Origin: Candidatus Hermodarchaeota archaeon | Lineage (GTDB): Archaea; Asgardarchaeota; Hermodarchaeia; Hermodarchaeales; Hermodarchaeaceae | Direction: 5' to 3' | Assembly (NCBI GenBank): GCA_016840065.1 | Contig: JAEOTB010000080.1 | Span: 1-22,274 of the forward strand | DNA: 22,274 nt | Shown: piece after piece, positions 16,156 through 22,274 of the stretch | Layout: each line of letters starts with the position of its first letter | Position numbering within the stretch: position 1 is the first letter of the stretch | The notes under the pieces: model-generated | The model's database searches: none | Seen by the model: only the letters and a program-made list of their open reading frames with translations | What the model was told of the DNA's origin: nothing | Made by a program: the position numbers and the translations under genes

Positions 16156-17100
16156 ATGAGCTCACCTATTGTAGTCAAGGGTATGACTAAACGCTTCGGT
16201 GATATTGTCGCCGTTAACGACGTTGATCTTGAGGTTCATCGGGGTGAAGTCTTTGGCTTCTTGGGACCCAACGCCGCAGGAAAATCCACAACGGTGAAGG
16301 TGGCTTCCACCCTCTTAACCCCTAGTAGCGGTACTGTTGTTATTGATGGCTATGATGTCCTTGAGGAGCCAGAGGAGATAAGGGCTGTCATTGGCCTTCT
16401 CCCCGAGGACGGTGCAGATACTCATTACGATCGCCTTACTGCTGCAGAGAATCTTGAATACTTCGGACTCCTCTATGATGTTCCCAAGGAGAAGCTGCAA
16501 AACCGAATCGATGAGCTGCTCGAGTTCCTTGAGTTGTCTGACCGCCGCGACAGCTCCCCAGGCACCTTTTCGACCGGGTTAAAACAGAAGCTCTCTTTGG
16601 CTCGTGCTCTCATCCATGATCCACCAATCGTTTTCCTAGATGAGCCTACCTCTAACCTCGACCCCATAATGTCTAGGAAGGTACGGGAATTCATCCAGAA
16701 AATGGCGGGAAGCAGTAACAAAACCTTCTTCATGTGCACCCATCTACTCTCAGAAGCTGAGGATCTCTGCGACCGGGTCGGATTCATCTCCCATGGCCGC
16801 CTTGTAGAAGTAGGGCGCCCCGCTGACCTCCGACGAAAATTCTGGACCAAACGCACCTTTGAACTACAACTCGCTACAGGGGATTTGACGAAAGCCCAAT
16901 CCATCATCCAATCTACCGGTTTAGTTACCTCAATACAGGTAGAGAATAAGCGGGTCGTCTATGTGGTCGAAAAGGCTGAGCGGAAGAACCCTAAAATAGT
17001 GCAAGCGCTGGTCGAGGCTAAATTTGCCATTGTGGAACTACGTGAACGCATACCTCGCTTAGAGGATGTCTATCTGAAAGTCATTGGAGGTGATAACTAA
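16156..17100 (+). CDS. ABC-2-type (DrrA/NatA-like) exporter ATP-binding protein
   Basis: FGFLGPNAAGKST, signature FSTGLKQKL, FLDEPTSNLDP, CTH..EAE..CDR, C-terminal LEDVYL. Confidence 0.93.
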   Translation: MSSPIVVKGMTKRFGDIVAVNDVDLEVHRGEVFGFLGPNAAGKSTTVKVASTLLTPSSGTVVIDGYDVLEEPEEIRAVIGLLPEDGADTHYDRLTAAENLEYFGLLYDVPKEKLQNRIDELLEFLELSDRRDSSPGTFSTGLKQKLSLARALIHDPPIVFLDEPTSNLDPIMSRKVREFIQKMAGSSNKTFFMCTHLLSEAEDLCDRVGFISHGRLVEVGRPADLRRKFWTKRTFELQLATGDLTKAQSIIQSTGLVTSIQVENKRVVYVVEKAERKNPKIVQALVEAKFAIVELRERIPRLEDVYLKVIGGDN

Positions 17101-17840
17101 TGCTGAGAAAGGCATGGATTATGGCCCGTACAGAGATTCGAATGGTGTTCAAGAGCCGCCAGGTCAAGATGGTCCCAGCAATGGTAATCATTATGACTGG
17201 TCTTTTCGCTGGTTTACTCACACCACTCATGCTACCTCTTGTGGCTGAGGTGGGTGTAGAGTTTTGGGATATGATGATGGTGATGCTTATGGGCATGTGT
17301 GTTGTTATGATGCCGGCGATGCTGCCTGCTATGATTGCCGCTGACTCGATTGTGGGCGAAAAAGAGCGGCACACACTAGTTCCTCTACTAGCCAGCCCCT
17401 TATCAGATGGTGAACTTTTACTGGGCAAGCTCCTAACCGCGTTAGTTCCAGGAGTTATCGTTGCATACATCAACTTGGTAATGGGCATTGCTATTGTTAA
17501 CGGGATACTCTTTTTTATGGCGCCAGCTTTACTGTGGGTATGGCCTTCCCTTCTGGCTCTGGTTCAGGCACTTATTTTTCCCCCTCTTCTCTCGGCGTTT
17601 GTCGTTTGCCTTATGATAATCATTTCGGGAAGGGTAAGCAAGGTCTATGAAGCCTATCAGATCGCTGGTAGTGTAATACTAGTACCAATGACACTAGTCT
17701 TCTCGCAGCTTTTCGCGGGTACAGCGGTCAACTGGCTGCTACTCCTCTTTGGGGCTGCCATTCTCGGCATAGCAGTTATCGGGCTATTCCAGCTAGCACG
17801 TAACCTCTTCAACCGCGATAAACTTGTCTCCCGCGTCTAA
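17100..17840 (+). CDS. ABC-2-type permease
   Basis: AADSIVGEKERHTLVPLLASP...LLGKL motif, about 6 TMs, TAATG overlap with the ATPase. Confidence 0.92.
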   Translation: MLRKAWIMARTEIRMVFKSRQVKMVPAMVIIMTGLFAGLLTPLMLPLVAEVGVEFWDMMMVMLMGMCVVMMPAMLPAMIAADSIVGEKERHTLVPLLASPLSDGELLLGKLLTALVPGVIVAYINLVMGIAIVNGILFFMAPALLWVWPSLLALVQALIFPPLLSAFVVCLMIIISGRVSKVYEAYQIAGSVILVPMTLVFSQLFAGTAVNWLLLLFGAAILGIAVIGLFQLARNLFNRDKLVSRV

Positions 17841-17853
17841 CCACAATAACTAG

Positions 17854-18645
17854 TCACTTCAGCTTCAAACTCGCTACCTTCTCAATAAAAGCAGCTATAC
17901 GCTCAATGGCAGCGGAGACAACACGGTTTCCACGTTCAGGATCGGCTCGTGTGGAATACCCGATTGTACCAGAATCAGTAAAGTCGGTCATATCGAAGGC
18001 AGGGAAGAAGTTAGGAGGTTTGGCGAACATTGTGGCACGGATGAAACCTGGTATCGGCTCCCGTCCCGGTTCATCCACTCGTTTATCGACAAGCACGCGT
18101 TGTCCCAACGCCCAGGCAATCGACGTTTCCATATCGTCTGCGTGAAAATAGGGGGGATTGAAATTTTCCTTGATTAGATCCGCTGTAATTTCCCACCAGG
18201 CAACTTGGACACACCAAATACCTGCCTCGTGCAGCTTGCGCAACGCAATAGAAAGAGAAGCTGTATTTCCGCCATGCGAATTCATCACGACAATTTTCTT
18301 GACGCCGTGCTTAGCTAAACTCGTACCGATGTCAACTATCAGGTCAATAAGAGTCTCATGTCGCAAAGTAATAGTGCCCGAGAAAGGCATGTGGTGCGGG
18401 GAAACACCATAAGGCATCAGTGGTGTCACAATGGTTTTTACTTTGGGCCAGAGCTTTTCTGCAACTGCGTGAGCGAATTTTTCAGCTTGGAAGGCGTCCG
18501 TATCCAAGGGCAGGGCTGGACCGTGCTGCTCGGTAGAGCCCACAGGTATGATGGCTATGTCTGTTTTCTTCAGTAAAGCTTTAGCCTCCTGCCAAGTCAT
18601 CTTACCGAGTAGAAAGGGTTTAACATCAGTCAATAAGGTCACCAA
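17854..18645 (-). CDS. Creatininase-family amidohydrolase
   Basis: PVGSTEQHGPALPLDTD, YGVSPHHM.F.GTI, NSHGGN, HADDMETS, SGTIG motifs. Confidence 0.92.
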   Translation of the reverse strand: MVTLLTDVKPFLLGKMTWQEAKALLKKTDIAIIPVGSTEQHGPALPLDTDAFQAEKFAHAVAEKLWPKVKTIVTPLMPYGVSPHHMPFSGTITLRHETLIDLIVDIGTSLAKHGVKKIVVMNSHGGNTASLSIALRKLHEAGIWCVQVAWWEITADLIKENFNPPYFHADDMETSIAWALGQRVLVDKRVDEPGREPIPGFIRATMFAKPPNFFPAFDMTDFTDSGTIGYSTRADPERGNRVVSAAIERIAAFIEKVASLKLK

Positions 18646-18724
18646 CGATAGTCGTATGAAACGACCTATTATTTATGTCCCCTCAAAGAAATAGAGAAGA
18701 CACACTAGTCTAAGGTGAATCACA

Positions 18725-19642
18725 ATGATTCGTGTTGCTGGAATCCAGATTTCTCCTGTTTTTCTTAATGCAGAAAGAACTTGGGAAAAGCTCGAGTCGT
18801 ACATAAGAGATGCAAAATCAGATGGAGCCGAACTTGCCACTTGGGGCGAGACACTGATTCCAGGTTATCCTTTTTGGCTCTCTCCTACTGGAGGTGCGAA
18901 ATTCAACAACAAAGACCAGAAGACCGCCTATTCCACATACTGGAGAGAAGCAATACAACTCGAAAACAGCCCAATCATTGAACGAATGAAATCTCTAGCA
19001 GATGAACTTGGTATAATGCTAGTAGGTGGAATTGCTGAGAAAGAGGGTTCGTCTATCTACTGTACACTTCTCACGATAAACAATAAGGGAGTAATCCTCG
19101 GTCGGCACAGAAAAATAAAACCAACATACGAAGAACGGCTCGTGTGGGCAGACGGAGATGGATTAGGCTTGAAGACTTATCCTTTGAAGGAGTTTTACAT
19201 CGGAGGTCTGAATTGCTGGGAGAATTGGCTTCCTCTGGCCCGTGCTGCTCTTCATCTGCAGAAAGAAACACTTCACATTGCTGTCTGGCCAGGTAGTTTA
19301 AGGAATACAGAAGACATCACCCGTTTCATTGCCCTTGAGGGGAGATCCTGGGTCATGTCCGTATCCGGACTCTTACGCCCTACTGATTTCTCGCATCTAT
19401 CCGAATCTGAATTTCCAATGAAGGCTTCGATGGAGGCAAATGCTACAAACTGGGCGAATGGCGGGTCAGTCATAGCTGATCCTATAGGTAAATTGATCGC
19501 AGGACCTCTGGTAGACAAAGAGGGTATAATCTATGCTAATATCGACTTGGAACTTGTTATCAAGGAACGTCAGAATCTGGACATCAGTGGGCACTACTCA
19601 CGTTTTGACATCTTCAACAAACCACTGCGTGATTTAGGATGA
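18725..19642 (+). CDS. Nitrilase (carbon-nitrogen hydrolase superfamily)
   Basis: Catalytic Glu-Lys-Cys in WGETLIPGYP, HRKIKPTYEER and LNCWEN; C-terminal D..GHYSR. AGGTGA RBS. Confidence 0.93.
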   Translation: MIRVAGIQISPVFLNAERTWEKLESYIRDAKSDGAELATWGETLIPGYPFWLSPTGGAKFNNKDQKTAYSTYWREAIQLENSPIIERMKSLADELGIMLVGGIAEKEGSSIYCTLLTINNKGVILGRHRKIKPTYEERLVWADGDGLGLKTYPLKEFYIGGLNCWENWLPLARAALHLQKETLHIAVWPGSLRNTEDITRFIALEGRSWVMSVSGLLRPTDFSHLSESEFPMKASMEANATNWANGGSVIADPIGKLIAGPLVDKEGIIYANIDLELVIKERQNLDISGHYSRFDIFNKPLRDLG

Positions 19643-19662
19643 CGGCAACGCAAGTCTTCTAG

Positions 19663-20919
19663 CTAGGTACCTTCAGCATAATCAGAGATATAGTGCTTCT
19701 GGGCAGAGGTGAGCTTGTCGATTTCGATGCCCATTGAGGCAAGTTTGAGACTAGCAATCCTTTCATCAATTTCGCGAGGCAACAAATGTACATCATTTGA
19801 CAACTCGTGAGCATGATCCTTCAAGTAGATCATACCAAGAAGCTGATTTGCAAAGGACATATCCATTACTGAGGATGGGTGCCCCTCAGCTGCTGCAAGA
19901 TTAACAAGTCGCCCCTCACCGAGAAGGTAGATACGCTTTCCACCTGATAGTGTGAATTCACGATTGTTTGGACGGATTACCCGATGACTTTTCGCCATCT
20001 TCTCAAGACCCTCAACGTCAACTTCGACATTGAAATGGCCTGCATTACTGAGAACCGCCCCGTCCTTCATCTTGGAGAAATGTTTTGTTGTAAGCACGTC
20101 CCTACAACCAGTAGTGGTAACGAAGATATCGCCTTCGGAGGCTGCATCCTTCATGGGCATCACACGGAATCCCTCCATTCGGGCCTTGAGGGCAGCAATA
20201 GAATCTATTTCTGTGATTATGACATCTGAGCCCAATCCCTTGGCACGGTGGGCGACTCCTCTGCCACAATGACCGTACCCTGCCACAACAACGGTGCTCC
20301 CCGCAAAGAGGATGTTTGTTGCTCGGAGAATACCATCGAGGGCAGATTGTCCTGTACCGTGAACATTGTCCATTTCCATTTTTGTTTGCTGGTCGTTTAC
20401 AGCAAGGACGGGGTATAGGAGTTTTCCGTCAGCAGCCATGGCACGCAACCGGTGTACTCCAGTTGTAGTTTCCTCTGCTGCTCCTATCACTTCTTTTGCT
20501 AGCTTGGGGTGTTTGGTGTGCACAGTGAAGATAAGGTCTGCGCCATCATCAAGGGTCAACTGCGGCTTGAATTCTAGTGTCTTCTCGATGCACCAATAGT
20601 ACTCCTTACTGTCAAGTCCGTGCCATGCATAAACAGCGATGCCATTAGCTGCGAGTGCTGCTGCGACGTCATCTTGAGTGGAGAGCGGGTTGCAGCCACT
20701 CCAAGACACCTCGGCACCTGCTTCCACAAAGGTTTCAACAAGTACTGCTGTTTCCTTTGTTACATGCAAGCAGCCCGCAATTCTGTAACCTTTCAATGGT
20801 TTAGTCTTAGCAAATTTCCGGCGGAGCTGCATAAGGACAGGCATCCTCGACTCCGCCCAGTCAATCTTCAGCCGGCCCTGCTTAGCCAGCTTGATGTCTC
20901 GAATCTTATAGTCGGTCAC
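19663..20919 (-). CDS. ahcY: Adenosylhomocysteinase
   Basis: GCLHVTKET, CNPLSTQD, DDGAD, EETTTG, GYGHCGRG, GHFNVE, GRLVNL..AEGHPS.VMDMSFANQ. Likely start GTG 20919 (MTDYKIRD); the ORF-track extension to 21009 looks non-homologous. Confidence 0.96.
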   Translation of the reverse strand: MTDYKIRDIKLAKQGRLKIDWAESRMPVLMQLRRKFAKTKPLKGYRIAGCLHVTKETAVLVETFVEAGAEVSWSGCNPLSTQDDVAAALAANGIAVYAWHGLDSKEYYWCIEKTLEFKPQLTLDDGADLIFTVHTKHPKLAKEVIGAAEETTTGVHRLRAMAADGKLLYPVLAVNDQQTKMEMDNVHGTGQSALDGILRATNILFAGSTVVVAGYGHCGRGVAHRAKGLGSDVIITEIDSIAALKARMEGFRVMPMKDAASEGDIFVTTTGCRDVLTTKHFSKMKDGAVLSNAGHFNVEVDVEGLEKMAKSHRVIRPNNREFTLSGGKRIYLLGEGRLVNLAAAEGHPSSVMDMSFANQLLGMIYLKDHAHELSNDVHLLPREIDERIASLKLASMGIEIDKLTSAQKHYISDYAEGT

Positions 20920-21059
20920 CTTGAACACCAGACAATGCAAAGGTATTGCCTGCTTCTTAAGCGTTTCACCACTTTTGTTAGTAGGAAAAGTAGGAATAGA
21001 AAATACCAATACAAAGTGCTTTTATTCTGAGTTATCAGGAAATCGGTGAGGTTTGCACT

Positions 21060-21872
21060 GTGCCTGAACTCCCTGACCTTGAAGTCGCAAAGCACACACT
21101 AACTAGACGAGCAACCAACCGAACAATAGAAGAAGTGGAGCTTTTCGACCCAGTAACTCTACGGCGTCCCGTTGCAGAAGCCTTCCAATATGAACTTCAA
21201 GGCCGAAAAATACAGGAAATCCAACGGTATGGAAAATTCCTCATCCTCCTCTTTGAACCACCCGCCAGGCTCTACATCAATTTCATGCTCGTAGGTCATC
21301 TTGCCTTCCAGCCACCTTCAGACAGAATCATGAAAAGTACAGGATTTCGTCTGCGTTTATCAGGAAACATCGACCTGCGCTACCACGATGGTCGTCGGAT
21401 GGGTAAAATCTATCTGCTCCTCAACGACGAGCCCACATCGCTTATCCCCACCTACGATGAGCAGGGACCAGACGCCCTAGACCCCGAACTCACCCTCGAA
21501 ACTTTTCGCAGTCGCATCCGCAAGTTCAACGCCCAAATCAAAAGAGTCCTAAAGAACCAACGCTTCATCGCAGGGATTGGCAACGCATATGCCAACGAAA
21601 TCCTCTACAAAGCCCATATCAATCCCTTCCGAAAACGTAGCACCCTCACACCCACAGAGATAGACGCCCTCTACACAGCTACAAAAGCAGTATTAAAAAA
21701 CGCTATCACAACAATCACTACACTAAGTGGCAATAATCTTCGCTTCAAGATACGCGACTTCCTTCAAGTCCACGGGAAAAGCGGCCAACCCTGCCCACGA
21801 TGCAAAACAAAGCTCTCCACAGTCAAATCAGGGCTAGACCTAGCCTATTTCTGCCGAAAATGCCAAGTCTAA
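21060..21872 (+). CDS. mutM: Fpg/Nei-family DNA glycosylase/AP lyase (atypical)
   Basis: N-terminal PELP, RYGKFL, H2TH motif IAGIGNAYANEIL, C-terminal CPRC...FCRKCQ zinc finger. GGTGAGG RBS, GTG start. Confidence 0.9.
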   Translation: MPELPDLEVAKHTLTRRATNRTIEEVELFDPVTLRRPVAEAFQYELQGRKIQEIQRYGKFLILLFEPPARLYINFMLVGHLAFQPPSDRIMKSTGFRLRLSGNIDLRYHDGRRMGKIYLLLNDEPTSLIPTYDEQGPDALDPELTLETFRSRIRKFNAQIKRVLKNQRFIAGIGNAYANEILYKAHINPFRKRSTLTPTEIDALYTATKAVLKNAITTITTLSGNNLRFKIRDFLQVHGKSGQPCPRCKTKLSTVKSGLDLAYFCRKCQV

Positions 21873-21978
21873 CCAAGAATTTGAGTTGAACTGAGCATTA
21901 AAATATGACCTTAAAGTTTCAAACACCATTCCTCTTCACTCTAGAATATAAAAGAAGAATCATTTCAGGTGAAACGTC

Positions 21979-22274
21979 TTGGAAATAAAACGAATCGCAG
22001 TCATAGGAGCAGGCGCGATGGGCACAGGAATCGCCTATCAAGCATCTCGCTTCGGAATTGAAGTAAATCTAACCGACCGCGAAGAAGAATACGTCAACAG
22101 TGGCATAAGCAAAATCAAAGGCTTTGTCAAAGACGGGGTCCAAAGGGGAAAGATGGACCTCAAGGAAGCAAAGGCAATCCTTGACCGCATCCACAAAACC
22201 CCCGACCTCGAAGCCTGTGTCAAAGATGCCGATCTAATCATCGAAGCAGTCTTTGAAGACATGAAAGTCAAACA
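21979..22274 (+). CDS. hbd: 3-hydroxyacyl-CoA dehydrogenase, NAD-binding domain; truncated at window edge
   Basis: Not in the ORF track. TTG 21979 after AGGTGA: MEIKRIAVIGAGAMGTGIAYQASRFGIEVNLTDREE...DADLIIEAVFEDMKVK, with GxGxMGxGIA and IEAVxE motifs. Confidence 0.9.
   Translation, partial: MEIKRIAVIGAGAMGTGIAYQASRFGIEVNLTDREEEYVNSGISKIKGFVKDGVQRGKMDLKEAKAILDRIHKTPDLEACVKDADLIIEAVFEDMKVK

Noticed and set aside
20920-21009. N-terminal extension of AhcY in the ORF track
   Set aside because: Recognisable similarity begins at TDYKIRD; the upstream part looks like divergent promoter sequence.
22038-22271. Minus-strand 77-aa ORF, and the other short ORFs nested in or antisense to called genes
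   Set aside because: They overlap well-supported genes (here hbd) and have no motifs of their own.
1-22274. CRISPR arrays, IS elements, integrases, rRNA/tRNA, cobalamin or SAM/SAH riboswitches
   Set aside because: No repeat-spacer periodicity, transposase motifs or RNA consensus seen. The gaps upstream of the mutase, cobO and ahcY are short and lack recognisable riboswitch cores; an Infernal/Rfam scan would settle this.

Overview
Gene-dense archaeal housekeeping and metabolic region with no RNA genes, CRISPR arrays or mobile elements that I can support. It is probably from an Asgard archaeon (inference from an IPGF Loki-CTERM-type sorting tail, BRE/TATA-like promoters and GGAGG/GGTGA ribosome-binding sites). 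The left half (1-11675) carries a minus-strand methylmalonyl-CoA gene set: CobA-type adenosyltransferase, methylmalonyl-CoA mutase large subunit, epimerase, biotin ligase, PccB/12S-type carboxyltransferase, pyruvate-carboxyltransferase (5S/PycB/OadA-type) subunit, and a truncated putative biotin carrier. Plus-strand blocks interrupt it: a surface-anchored papain-like protein, an oxidative-stress module (rubrerythrin, a rubredoxin missed by the ORF track, an uncharacterised 8-Cys protein, desulfoferrodoxin) and an MFS transporter. The right half has two divergent ABC systems, a creatininase-family/nitrilase divergon, ahcY, an atypical Fpg/Nei glycosylase and a truncated 3-hydroxyacyl-CoA dehydrogenase. 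The best novelty candidate is the 5S-type subunit. It ends in the helix+hook half of a PCC-type BT docking domain, and the next, in-frame gene starts with what looks like the beta-barrel half. This suggests an ATP-independent transcarboxylase built on a propionyl-CoA-carboxylase scaffold, with the biotin carboxylase swapped for a pyruvate carboxyltransferase. All family calls come from motif recognition by eye; no searches were run.
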